From Promethearchaeota archaeon (lineage in GTDB: Archaea; Asgardarchaeota; Lokiarchaeia; Sigyniarchaeales; SOKP01): a stretch of DNA of 53,623 nucleotides. The notes beneath the pieces were generated by a model that saw only the letters and a program-made list of their open reading frames with translations, was not told where the DNA came from and ran no database searches. The DNA is taken from contig SDNY01000007.1 in assembly GCA_004524535.1 (NCBI GenBank), positions 1 to 53,623 on the forward strand, in the 5' to 3' direction. Within the stretch, counting starts at the first letter, position 1, and each line of letters starts with the position of its first letter. This document shows positions 1-9,196 of this stretch, in pieces. Both the position numbers and the translations under genes were made by a program.

Positions 1-91
1 AAGAAATTATACTGTTAGCATTTTATTTGCGTTCCTTGACCTTTAGAAACAGGTTTTGAATAAAAATAACAAAAAAAATAGCAAGATAAAT

Positions 92-619
92 ATGAGTGAA
101 AAAGGTATAGTGGTAGTACAAGCGCTGGTGAAAGGCGGAGCGGCGAGCGGGGGGCCTCCTATAGGACCGGCTGTAAAGTAAATCAAGTCGAATTACTTAG
201 CCCAAGGTCCTACGGGGATTAATATCAAAGATGTTGTGGACGCTGTAAATGAACAAACTATGATGTTTAAAGGATTAACCGTTCCAGTGAGGATTGAATG
301 TGATCCTGAAACAAAGCAATTTGAAATATTTGTAGAAACTCCTTCGACAGCATCATTATTGTTGAAAGAAATCGGTGTAGAGAAAGGGGCTTCAAATCCA
401 GGGGAGGACAAGATTGGCAATTTAACTATCGACCAAATAATTTCAGTAGCTAATGCTAAAAAAGACATCTTTTTAGATAAGACATTTAAAACTTGTGTTA
501 AAACAGTAATAGGAACAGCGTTATCCGTAGGACTAACTGTTGAGGGTGTGGATCCTAGAATCATTCAAGAGAGAATAGACAAGGGAGAATATGACGATAA
601 AATAAAGGAGGAATCGTAA
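92..619 (+). CDS. rpl11: 50S ribosomal protein uL11, split by a BHB intron (exons 92..174 and 205..619; 165 aa spliced)
   Basis: ATG at 92 gives MSEKGIVVVQALVKGGAASGGPPIGPA. Removing 175..204 gives PPIGPAVGPTGINIKDVVDAVNEQT..., the conserved uL11 N-terminus, in frame with ORF 236..619. Lies upstream of uL1. Confidence 0.95.
175..204 (+). other. 30-nt BHB intron in uL11 mRNA
   Basis: Outer helix TAGGACC(162-168)/GGTCCTA(206-212); central helix GGCT(169-172)/AGCC(199-202); 3-nt bulges GT^A and CA^A; inner helix AAGTAA/TTACTT; in-frame TAA at 179-181. Confidence 0.9.
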
Positions 620-622
620 AAT

Positions 623-1354
623 ATGAAAGTGGATGATAAATTATTAAAAAGATCGTTAAATGCTGCTATTGACTTTTCGATTATAAAGAAAGAAGGATTT
701 AAAGATAAAATTCGCAAATTTGACGAAACTATTGATTTCATAATAAACTTAAAGGATATTAATTTAAGTGATCCAAAACAGAGACTTGACAAGGAATTAA
801 TATTGCCTAACGAGGTAATAACAGAAGATAAACCTAACATATGTGTGATTGCTTCTGATGAGATATTATTAGAAGCTAAAAAAATAGGATTGGATACTAT
901 TGACCCAGATGGTTTGGCAGCTTTGGATCGGGAAGAAAAGAAAGACAAAAAAAAATTCGTGAAAAAATATGATTTTTTTGTTGTGGAAGACAAGAACATG
1001 CGCGACGTTGCTCGTTTTCTGGCCAGATTTTTAGGACCTTCTGGAAAAATGCCTAAACCTTTTCCGTCGGGATATGGAATTATTTCATCAGTAGATGATC
1101 TTAATGTAGCTGTTGAGAGATATAAAAAAATTGTTAGGATCATGGTCAAAAAAAATCCAGTATTACAGGTAAAAATTGGCAAAAAATCAATGGAAATGGA
1201 TAAAATTTTGGAAAACATGAAATCTATCGTCGATTATGTCGCAGATCAAATGCCTCATAAATATAACAACTTTAGATCGATGTTTATTAAGACTACAATG
1301 GGACGACCGATCAAGATTGATAATGAATATCTAGAGACATTGGGGGTGAAATAA
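623..1354 (+). CDS. rpl1: 50S ribosomal protein uL1
   Basis: RKFDETIDFIINLK, FLGPSGKMPKP and IKTTMGRP motifs; L11-L1-L10-L12 order. Confidence 0.97.
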   Translation: MKVDDKLLKRSLNAAIDFSIIKKEGFKDKIRKFDETIDFIINLKDINLSDPKQRLDKELILPNEVITEDKPNICVIASDEILLEAKKIGLDTIDPDGLAALDREEKKDKKKFVKKYDFFVVEDKNMRDVARFLARFLGPSGKMPKPFPSGYGIISSVDDLNVAVERYKKIVRIMVKKNPVLQVKIGKKSMEMDKILENMKSIVDYVADQMPHKYNNFRSMFIKTTMGRPIKIDNEYLETLGVK

Positions 1355-1355
1355 A

Positions 1356-2255
1356 ATGATATCAAAAAAGGACATTCCAAAGTGGAAATTAGACGAAATT
1401 GAATACTTAGTAGATTTATTTAAAAAATATAAAAATATTGCGGTGATTATGGTTGGTAGTATTAACGATAAGCAAATTCAAGATACACGGAAGATTTTGA
1501 GAGGAAAAGCGGAAATTCGAATGTCTAAGAAGAGTATACAAATAAGAGCAATTGAAAAGTACAAAAAAGAGTCAAAAAAAACAAATCTTGATGATTTAGC
1601 GAAAAATATCCCAGGACAATCAAGTCTTGTTTTTACAGATATGAACCTATTTGATTTAAAAAAGATTTTCAACGAGAGTGAATGGATGGTCCCTGCTAAA
1701 CCTGATGAAATCACTCCCGTAGACATTTGGGTTCCTGCGGGAGATACAGGATTACCTACTGGACAAGTAATTTCGGAGCTAAATATGACATTACGATTAC
1801 CTACTCGTATTCAGAACGATACTATATGGATTCGCGAGAAGACGAGAACACATAAAGCTGGAGAAATTGTAGATGTTAAACAAGCGGCAGTTTTGAAAAA
1901 GCTTGGGATTAAACCGATAGAGTCATTAATTAAAATCCATTACGCATGGAGTGAGGGAGAAATAATACCAGAAGATATATTGTACATGGATATAGAATCG
2001 TTTCAACGAGATGTTGCATCATGCTACTTAGCTGCTTTAGCAATTCTTTTTGAATTACCTATTTTCCTTGAAGAAATGACAGATGAGTATATTAAAAAAG
2101 CAGTATTTGATGCAAAAATAATCAATACTATAATTTTTGAAGGTGGAATTAAAGCTTCATTGAAAAAAGAGGAGGCTAAACCCGAGGAAGAAAAACCAGA
2201 TGAGGAAGAAGAAGAAGAAGAAAGTGCTCCAGGTATCGGAGGACTATTTGGATGA
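1356..2255 (+). CDS. rpl10: 50S ribosomal protein uL10 (P0)
   Basis: IPKWK N-terminus, VPAGDTGLPTG motif, acidic tail ending GIGGLFG. Confidence 0.96.
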   Translation: MISKKDIPKWKLDEIEYLVDLFKKYKNIAVIMVGSINDKQIQDTRKILRGKAEIRMSKKSIQIRAIEKYKKESKKTNLDDLAKNIPGQSSLVFTDMNLFDLKKIFNESEWMVPAKPDEITPVDIWVPAGDTGLPTGQVISELNMTLRLPTRIQNDTIWIREKTRTHKAGEIVDVKQAAVLKKLGIKPIESLIKIHYAWSEGEIIPEDILYMDIESFQRDVASCYLAALAILFELPIFLEEMTDEYIKKAVFDAKIINTIIFEGGIKASLKKEEAKPEEEKPDEEEEEEESAPGIGGLFG

Positions 2256-2328
2256 GAATCTAAGATGAAAAATTTAAAATTAAAAAACTAGCAAAAGAAA
2301 AAAATAAAACAAAAAGAGGTAAAGAAGT

Positions 2329-2628
2329 ATGGAAAGTATATATGCTGCGCTCTTACTTCATACAGCTTCAAAAAAAATAACAGAGGCGGCTATTGAAAAA
2401 GTTCTGACGGCTGCTGGTGTAGAACCCGATAAATCTCAAATTAGTAAAATAATTGCAGGTTTAAAGCAAAAGAAAATTGATGAGATAATAGCTTCCGCAA
2501 CAGCAACACCAGTAATGGCTACCTCTGTTAGTGGGGGTGCTGAACCCGCCAAAGAAGCTCCTAAAGAAAAAAAGAAGGAAGAGGAAGATACAGAAGCAGA
2601 ACCAACTGGAATTGGTTCTCTCTTCTAA
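2329..2628 (+). CDS. rpl12: Ribosomal stalk protein P1/aL12
   Basis: MESIYAALLLH N-terminus, acidic tail ending GIGSLF, upstream GAGGT SD-like motif. Confidence 0.96.
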   Translation: MESIYAALLLHTASKKITEAAIEKVLTAAGVEPDKSQISKIIAGLKQKKIDEIIASATATPVMATSVSGGAEPAKEAPKEKKKEEEDTEAEPTGIGSLF

Positions 2629-2922
2629 TATATTATAACTAATTTTTTTTTAATATTTTTTTTTAATATTTCTTGAAATTTGATAGATCTACATTACTTA
2701 TTTTATTTTTAGGATTTATTCAATTTGGTATAAAGAATAAAATCCAGAAAAAGTATTCTGAATAATATTTTTCTCATTCATTCTATTTTCTAAAAAGATT
2801 TCAGCAATAAATTTGCCTAGATCACAAAGTTTTTTTTTAATTCACTTTTAATTTTTATAACTGGATTAATACTAAAATCGCATTTATAACCTAATCTACC
2901 CGAAATAAAGAGCTGACATAAA

Positions 2923-4392
2923 ATGGCAGGAGCATTTTTAAGATTCTTTACTCCATTCGTCAAAATAATGCCAGAAATAAGGAATCCTCAGAGGGAAGTG
3001 GCATTCAAGGAAAAATTTATCTGGACTGCCGTGGTCTTGATTATATATCTAATAATGTCAAACATTCCTTTATATGGCGTCGAACTTGAAAATTCAACAG
3101 ATTATTTTTATTGGTTAAGAGTAATACTCGCCAGCCAAAGAGGAACATTAACAGAATTAGGAATTGGCCCTATAGTAACAGCGGGACTTATTATGCAGCT
3201 ACTACTTGGATCTAAGATTATCAACGTTGATATGAACGATCCATACGATCGGGCAATGTTTAGTGGCACACAAAAAGTTATGGCTATTTTTCTGACTATG
3301 TTTAATATAATAGCATATATTATTGGAGGCCATTTTGGTAGACCAACTGATCTTGGAGTAGAAAGTATTGTGTTGATTTTTTTACAATTATTATTTGCAG
3401 GGATTATTATTATTTTGCTAGATGAATTACTTCAAAAAGGATGGGGGCTTGGTAGCGGTGTTTCTTTATTTATCGCAGCAGGCGTTGCTGGGCAAATCTT
3501 TTGGAATTCCTTTAGTTTTATCGAAGCTCCAGGGCAAGGACGTATTCCAAGAGGTATAATTATAGCATTTTTTTATGTTTTGTTTGATGACGATCCTGCG
3601 ACAAATTTAGATGATATCTGGATACGAGGGCAGTTGCCGTCTCTTTTAGGAATTATTACTACGATTATTATATTTATAATTGTTGTGTGGTTTGAGGGCA
3701 CGCGTGTGGAGATTCCGTTAGCGTATCGAGGCTATCGAGGTTTTAAAGGCAAATATCCAATGAAATTGCTCTATGTTTCTAATATTCCAGTTATTTTAGT
3801 TAACGCTTTATATGCCAATTTACTGTTTTTTGGTCAATTATTAGCAGGACCACAGTCCGGATTACGCGGTCAAGGTAATGACTTCTGGCTTGATTTACTT
3901 GGGACTTTCGAATACCAAGATACAGGGGCAGGCACAGGAGGCTATCTTATACCGAAATCAGGTTTGATATATTATCTTTCACCGCCATTGGGGATTGACG
4001 CGCTAGTGGACGATCCGTTACGGGCGGTTATTTATCTTTTCATATTCATAATCCTATGTATTTATCTCGGGAAGATTTGGGTCGAGGTATCGGGACTAGC
4101 TAGCCGTGACATCGCACAGCAAATTTTAGACTCCGGAATGATGGTGCCTGGCTTTCGCAGTTCGGCGAAAATCATAGAAAAGATACTGGATCGTTATATC
4201 CCCGTTCTTATTGTGCTTAATGGGATACTCATAGCGTGCTTGAGTTTTATGGCGGATAGTTTAGGTGCATTGACTTCAGGTACCGGGCTCCTCATCGCCA
4301 TAGGCATTATACATCAATACGCTGAGACTATATCAAAGGAGGTCGCAGCGCAACAATATCCGAGCATGCGTGGATTCCTTGGCTTAGATTAA
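2923..4392 (+). CDS. secY: Preprotein translocase SecY/Sec61alpha
   Basis: GTLTELGIGPIVTAGLIMQLL, DELLQKGWGLGSGVSLFIA and KLLYVSNIPVIL motifs. Confidence 0.98.
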   Translation: MAGAFLRFFTPFVKIMPEIRNPQREVAFKEKFIWTAVVLIIYLIMSNIPLYGVELENSTDYFYWLRVILASQRGTLTELGIGPIVTAGLIMQLLLGSKIINVDMNDPYDRAMFSGTQKVMAIFLTMFNIIAYIIGGHFGRPTDLGVESIVLIFLQLLFAGIIIILLDELLQKGWGLGSGVSLFIAAGVAGQIFWNSFSFIEAPGQGRIPRGIIIAFFYVLFDDDPATNLDDIWIRGQLPSLLGIITTIIIFIIVVWFEGTRVEIPLAYRGYRGFKGKYPMKLLYVSNIPVILVNALYANLLFFGQLLAGPQSGLRGQGNDFWLDLLGTFEYQDTGAGTGGYLIPKSGLIYYLSPPLGIDALVDDPLRAVIYLFIFIILCIYLGKIWVEVSGLASRDIAQQILDSGMMVPGFRSSAKIIEKILDRYIPVLIVLNGILIACLSFMADSLGALTSGTGLLIAIGIIHQYAETISKEVAAQQYPSMRGFLGLD

Positions 4393-4475
4393 TTTCATTT
4401 TCGGTTAATCTAAGAAAAGATCGAACAAGAAGTATTATTATTAATAATAATATGAAAAGAAAAAAAAAGATTTTT

Positions 4476-5897
4476 CTACTTCCTTTTTGAATGCAGTTGC
4501 TCTAATTTAGATCTCATTTTCTTTAATTTATCTCCATGGAGATCAAAAAGCCTCAAGAATAGAATTCCAATTAGGAGAGCAATAGCTGGAAATAAAAACA
4601 TAATCAATTTCAATCCTAAAATAATATTTGTGCCTGGATTAGGTTTATAGCTAGACCAACCTGTACCTTGAAATATTAGAGCGATTGTTATGATAGAAAA
4701 TATTTGCGAAAACCTGTGTATAAAAGCATTGATACCATAATAACTCGCTGATCTTTTAATTCCAAATTCTACCTCATCAGAATCAATTACATCACCAATT
4801 AAAATATCCACATAAAATAATGCTCCACCTAATCCTAATCCTTGGATTGCAATAACGATAATTCCTATAATTCTCATAGTCGGATCATCATATAAAAGTA
4901 CAAGAGGAAATAATAAACAAATCCATATACCTAATGTAAGCATTAACCCATTTCTCATGCCTATTTTTTGACCGATCTTCATATGCAAAGGCAAAACAAA
5001 GGCAGCAATTAATAATGCTAACATTAATGCGATGCCTATAAGTAAAGGGTCTTTTTTAATTCCAAGAACCCATGTACAATATAGAGGTAATGCAGTAAGC
5101 AATGTAGTAAAGCAATACCATATGCACATATTTGCCAATGTAAATTTCAGAAAGGTTTTATTTCTTAAAGTAAATTTTAAAGAGCCTATAAAAGAAGGTC
5201 GATTTTCAAGTGTTTCTGTCAACTGCTCCTTCTCTTCAACACCTTTAGTTATGAATATCAACGCAGTAAAAAAGATTATAACTGCCATAATTAATCCCGC
5301 ATTGATATACATTAGTTGGAAGTGTAATATTGTTGATTGGGAAGGATTTTCCTCAGTCGGAATTAAAGGAGATATAACGATGGTGGGAATAAGAGAAGCA
5401 CAAATTACAGCAATTATAATAAATCCCTTTACAAATATATTGGTTTTAGCCCTTTCTTTTTCAGTAGGAAACATTTCTGGGAAGATTGCGTTCACGTTGA
5501 CACTCCACATCGTATAAATTAGCTCAAAAGTTAGAATGATCACAAGAAAATAAATGAATTGCATTAGCAGGGGAGCTCCAATTGGAACTGAAAAAAGTAG
5601 AATCATAATTAAACTGAGAGGCACCATAGAGATTATTAAAAAGAACTTTCGTCTACCCCATCTTTTCTTATATTTGGTCCTATCTGATAAAGCTCCCAAT
5701 ATTGGGTCGTTTAATCCATTCCAGAGCCCCCAGATGATATAAGCAGCCATTACAAATAGAACGGGTATTCCTACTACGGCAAAATAGAATGTAAATACGA
5801 GAATTGTAAAAGCTTGATACGTTAATTGGTCGGGAATAGCACTCAGGCCAAAAAGAGCTCTTTTTGATGTCTTTATTGATGGTTTTTCTTCAGTCAT
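4476..5897 (-). CDS. MFS transporter, glycoside-pentoside-hexuronide (MelB-like) family
   Basis: NDPILGALSDRTK..WGRRK motif, about 12 hydrophobic segments, DVIDSDEVEFGIKRS motif. Confidence 0.85.
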   Translation of the reverse strand: MTEEKPSIKTSKRALFGLSAIPDQLTYQAFTILVFTFYFAVVGIPVLFVMAAYIIWGLWNGLNDPILGALSDRTKYKKRWGRRKFFLIISMVPLSLIMILLFSVPIGAPLLMQFIYFLVIILTFELIYTMWSVNVNAIFPEMFPTEKERAKTNIFVKGFIIIAVICASLIPTIVISPLIPTEENPSQSTILHFQLMYINAGLIMAVIIFFTALIFITKGVEEKEQLTETLENRPSFIGSLKFTLRNKTFLKFTLANMCIWYCFTTLLTALPLYCTWVLGIKKDPLLIGIALMLALLIAAFVLPLHMKIGQKIGMRNGLMLTLGIWICLLFPLVLLYDDPTMRIIGIIVIAIQGLGLGGALFYVDILIGDVIDSDEVEFGIKRSASYYGINAFIHRFSQIFSIITIALIFQGTGWSSYKPNPGTNIILGLKLIMFLFPAIALLIGILFLRLFDLHGDKLKKMRSKLEQLHSKRK

Positions 5898-6112
5898 TTT
5901 TGTAAAAACTCTGTATAATTTATTTTAAATTGAGAAAAGCACACTCCTTTTAATATTTTAAATTAATTATTGCTACTTATTATAAATTCTTAAAAGATAA
6001 GTTAGGGAATTTTTATTTCAAGATTTAAAAAACTCCCAATAAAATATTAAAATAATGTTAATATTATTAAATATAAAACATTAAAATACTCAAATCTCTA
6101 AAGGTTATTATC

Positions 6113-6718
6113 ATGTCGTTATTAAGCCCTCCTGATTCAATGTTTTTTATTTTAATTCTATCTCTTATAGTTGCCCTTGTAAGTGTAGCTTTGACAAAGT
6201 TGTTGGTTGATACTGAAGAACTTCAGAGAAAACAAAAGCAAATAAAAGCACACCAAGAAGAGAAGAAAAAAATTATTGAATTAGCGGAAATCGATGTTGA
6301 GAAATATCGAAAACAGCGTAAAAGATGGGAGCGTCGGGAGGAGATGCTTAAGAAAACGCAACAGGGTATGTCAATGCAGAGATTAAAACCCACTTGTATT
6401 ACATTTTTACCTATGATAATAATATTCATCATTCTAAATAATTATTTTTATGGTCGAACAGCAGTTGCTTATACACCTATGAGCCCTGATCTTTATGGAA
6501 TGTTAAGATTTGTAACTCAAAATGCTATGGTAAATCCGGGAAGCAAAGATCCTTTAGAAAGTAGGGCATTAGTATTTACAGGTTGGTATTTCATTTGTTC
6601 ATTAGGGATTAATACATTGCTCCAAAGGCTATTTAAACTGCAAACACAAGCTTCGGGAGGGATGGAACAAATGTTTGGCGGACAGAAATCTAGTTCTATG
6701 CAATTTCCTGATGTTTAG
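6113..6718 (+). CDS. EMC3/TMCO1 (DUF106, Oxa1 superfamily) membrane insertase
   Basis: TM, coiled coil, MQRLKPTCITFLP, GWYFICS pattern; usual neighbour of secY. Confidence 0.88.
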   Translation: MSLLSPPDSMFFILILSLIVALVSVALTKLLVDTEELQRKQKQIKAHQEEKKKIIELAEIDVEKYRKQRKRWERREEMLKKTQQGMSMQRLKPTCITFLPMIIIFIILNNYFYGRTAVAYTPMSPDLYGMLRFVTQNAMVNPGSKDPLESRALVFTGWYFICSLGINTLLQRLFKLQTQASGGMEQMFGGQKSSSMQFPDV

Positions 6719-6777
6719 CCAATTGGGTCAATACAAAATTTTTCTTTTTAAAATTGTCTTAAGAGTTAATTAGAAAG

Positions 6778-6913
6778 CGCAACGGGAGGGAATTTCGTTT
6801 CTTGCGAAATGGATAGAAACTTCGAACCCCCGAGTGCAGAGCACACTGGCTATTTGGATATGGAAGATACCTTCTCTCCAAGCCAGCGCGTTACCAGGCT
6901 ACGCTACCGTTGC
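6778..6913 (-). tRNA. tRNA-Ser(GGA) with two introns (37/38 at 6852..6875; T-loop 59/60 at 6792..6820)
   Basis: Acceptor GCAACGG/CCGTTGC, G discriminator, anticodon stem CTGGC/GCCAG with TT-GGA-GA loop, long variable arm; T loop TTCGAAT after splicing. Confidence 0.92.
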
Positions 6914-6954
6914 GCGTTAACAGGCGCGTTACGCGTTACCAGCGCTACCGTTGC
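6914..6954 (-). repeat. Scrambled partial duplications of the tRNA-Ser 5' end immediately upstream of the tRNA
   Basis: Minus strand reads GCAACGGTAGCG-CTGGTAACGCG-TAACGCG-CCTGTTAACGC, all pieces (one with a mismatch) of tRNA nt 1-27. Confidence 0.8.
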
Positions 6955-7013
6955 AAAAAATAAAGAAAGTTAAAGAAATTTTTAAAAGTATAATAATTAA
7001 TTATAGATTTAAG

Positions 7014-7292
7014 TTATTTTATAGGGATTGCCATTGTTTCATTCATTTTTTTTGTCTTTTTAGCTTGTTTAATAACTGCCTCAACCGCTGTGTGATCTGC
7101 TCCTTTTTCAAGATTAATTACTTCAGTCGTGGGTTCAACATGATTATAATTTACACGACGTCTTCGAACTTTTAATCCGTCAATGAGCAAATAATTCTTA
7201 TCTATAACATCCACAATTACAGCGTATTTTCCCGCTTCCCTTCCTTTAGTTTTTACAACAATTCGTCCTATATCATATGCAGAATTACTCAT
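7014..7292 (-). CDS. rpl14e: 50S ribosomal protein eL14
   Basis: IGRIVVKTKGREAGKYAVIVDVIDKNYLLIDG KOW motif. Confidence 0.95.
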   Translation of the reverse strand: MSNSAYDIGRIVVKTKGREAGKYAVIVDVIDKNYLLIDGLKVRRRRVNYNHVEPTTEVINLEKGADHTAVEAVIKQAKKTKKMNETMAIPIK

Positions 7293-7456
7293 AATTCGTC
7301 ACCAAATCATTTTTAGTAAATTTATCAATACTGGTTTATTTCCAGTAAAGATAAACAATGCAGTGTAAGATATGAAATATATTTAATAATAAATTTTTTG
7401 CGATTTTATAAAAAGGAGTTATTAATTTAGTTATTGTTTTAATCTCTTCAAGAATT

Positions 7457-8038
7457 TTATTTTAAATTTTTACTTTTAATTACAGAGAGAATTTTGTTTA
7501 AAACTTCCTCAATAGACAAGTGTTCTGTTTCTAGTATTAAATCATAAATTGTATTATCTTCTAAATCAATATCATATAGTATTTTAAATCTTTCTTGTTC
7601 CGATTTCTCTCTAACCATAGTTTCTTTTAATTTCTCTTCATAAGAAGTGTGATCTCTATCTGCCATTCTTTTAACTCGAGTTTCTAAAGGGCATTTAAGC
7701 ATGATTTTAAAGTTTTCGATATTTTGTAAGAGATGGCCACTTAATTGACTATCAATTATGATGTCCCCTTTTTTAGCTATTTCCACGATTTTTTTGTCCA
7801 ACTCTCGATCGATCTCAGGATGATTTTCAACATATTGAGTAAACTCTTCTAACGACATATTCTTTTCGTTTGCAAGATCCCTAAACGCTTGCCCCGTTGA
7901 ATAATATTTAAATCCAATTTCTTCGGCTAATGCTTTACCTACAGCAGATTTGCCACTACCATGCATTCCGGAGAGTGTGATCGCCCTCTTTGCTTTTTTC
8001 TCTGCTGATTTCCTTTTCTTTTTCCTACTTTTAGCCAT
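7457..8038 (-). CDS. cmk: Cytidylate kinase (archaeal type)
   Basis: ITLSGMHGSGKS P-loop, GQAFRDLA, IDRELD motifs; between eL34 and eL14. Confidence 0.93.
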   Translation of the reverse strand: MAKSRKKKRKSAEKKAKRAITLSGMHGSGKSAVGKALAEEIGFKYYSTGQAFRDLANEKNMSLEEFTQYVENHPEIDRELDKKIVEIAKKGDIIIDSQLSGHLLQNIENFKIMLKCPLETRVKRMADRDHTSYEEKLKETMVREKSEQERFKILYDIDLEDNTIYDLILETEHLSIEEVLNKILSVIKSKNLK

Positions 8039-8168
8039 AACAAAATAAGCTCTTTTTACTATTTAATCTATTAATAGTACAATTATATTATAAAATTAAA
8101 GAATTATCAAAATAATCAAAACATTCCCAATGATAAATAGAAAAGATGTTTTCTATAATAAAAAGTTA

Positions 8169-8438
8169 TTACTGGGTCCAGACAGATTGTTTTATTAAAT
8201 CTTGAAGACATTTACCACAATATCTTCCACTTTCCAACCTATTGGGTCTTCTTGTGATTTTATCAGTCTTTTTCATTTTTGAAGGTCTTAGTTTTGGGAT
8301 AGAGGGTAATGGTTTTTTACAGATAGCACAATGGCTCTTTTTAGGTTTTCTTCTCCAATAGTGGACTACATTCCGATTTCCAGGGGTTCTTATTTTTTTT
8401 CTTTTTTGTGCACGGCTCCTCAAACCAGGTCTCGGCAT
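8169..8438 (-). CDS. rpl34e: 50S ribosomal protein eL34
   Basis: MPRPGLRSR..RTPG, CxxC...CxxC zinc motif. Confidence 0.95.
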   Translation of the reverse strand: MPRPGLRSRAQKRKKIRTPGNRNVVHYWRRKPKKSHCAICKKPLPSIPKLRPSKMKKTDKITRRPNRLESGRYCGKCLQDLIKQSVWTQ

Positions 8439-8539
8439 TTTAATTCATACCTATAATGATAATGATTATAGTACTAGAAATTATTGATAAACTAATATCT
8501 TCTCAAATTATAGAAGAAATATTAATTTTATTATTTTAC

Positions 8540-9196
8540 TTAAGTTTTTACATTTAGATTTTGCTGAAATTCTTTTAAAACAGAATACAGCCGATCTACT
8601 ATTTTTTCTCTGAATTGAGTGTCGCTAACGAGTTTAGTCTTATTTTTTGAGGCTTTTTTATAAATCTTTTTTATTTTAAGTTGAATATCTTCCAATCCGG
8701 GAAAATCAAATTTCTTAATATTTGCTTTTAATTCTTTCATAAGTTTTATTATAAGATGGCTTTGTCCTTCTAGTTTTAACGCATCCATGAGCGTTATAAA
8801 TGAAGATGTTATCTCTGAAGCAATTCCAGGCAGTTCTAAAATGTATGACTTCATTTTTTCCATAGATTGGGAAAAGATTCCATTATTGCTTCTAATAAAT
8901 TCGTTAGATGGGTTTAGATTTGAGATCTCTTTAAATATTTTAATTGCGTTCTCATATTCTTTAACGAAATTCATTTTTTCAATAAACTCTGAAATGGGAA
9001 TATTTTTCTCTCTTAAGTATGATTCAATTTTTAACAAACCATTCATAGCGTTTTTAACAGCTTTTTGGAAAAAATCGTCGTTAATTGTTCCTTCTTGGTA
9101 TTTAAAATATAAATTATTTATTGAATTGACTAAAGAAAAGATTTCAGATTCTATTTCAATGGATACTTCTTTATTTTCTTTCATTTTAAATTCCAA
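8540..9196 (-). CDS. Vps28-like (ESCRT-I) protein
   Basis: SSFITLMDALKL resembles the Vps28 C-terminal FITxMDxLKL signature; helical. True start may be the ATG at 9184. Confidence 0.7.
   Translation of the reverse strand: MEFKMKENKEVSIEIESEIFSLVNSINNLYFKYQEGTINDDFFQKAVKNAMNGLLKIESYLREKNIPISEFIEKMNFVKEYENAIKIFKEISNLNPSNEFIRSNNGIFSQSMEKMKSYILELPGIASEITSSFITLMDALKLEGQSHLIIKLMKELKANIKKFDFPGLEDIQLKIKKIYKKASKNKTKLVSDTQFREKIVDRLYSVLKEFQQNLNVKT

Noticed and set aside
1-47. Possible 3' end of spt5/nusG (EIITVSIL...) upstream of rpl11
   Set aside because: Only about 15 codons are visible and the tail (FAFLDL*) does not resemble the expected KOW end; cannot be supported.
179-181. TAA in rpl11 as a sequencing error or pseudogene, or a true start at GTG 236
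   Set aside because: Fixing the stop would still leave 10 extra residues in a conserved motif, and starting at 236 would lose the conserved proline-rich N-terminus.
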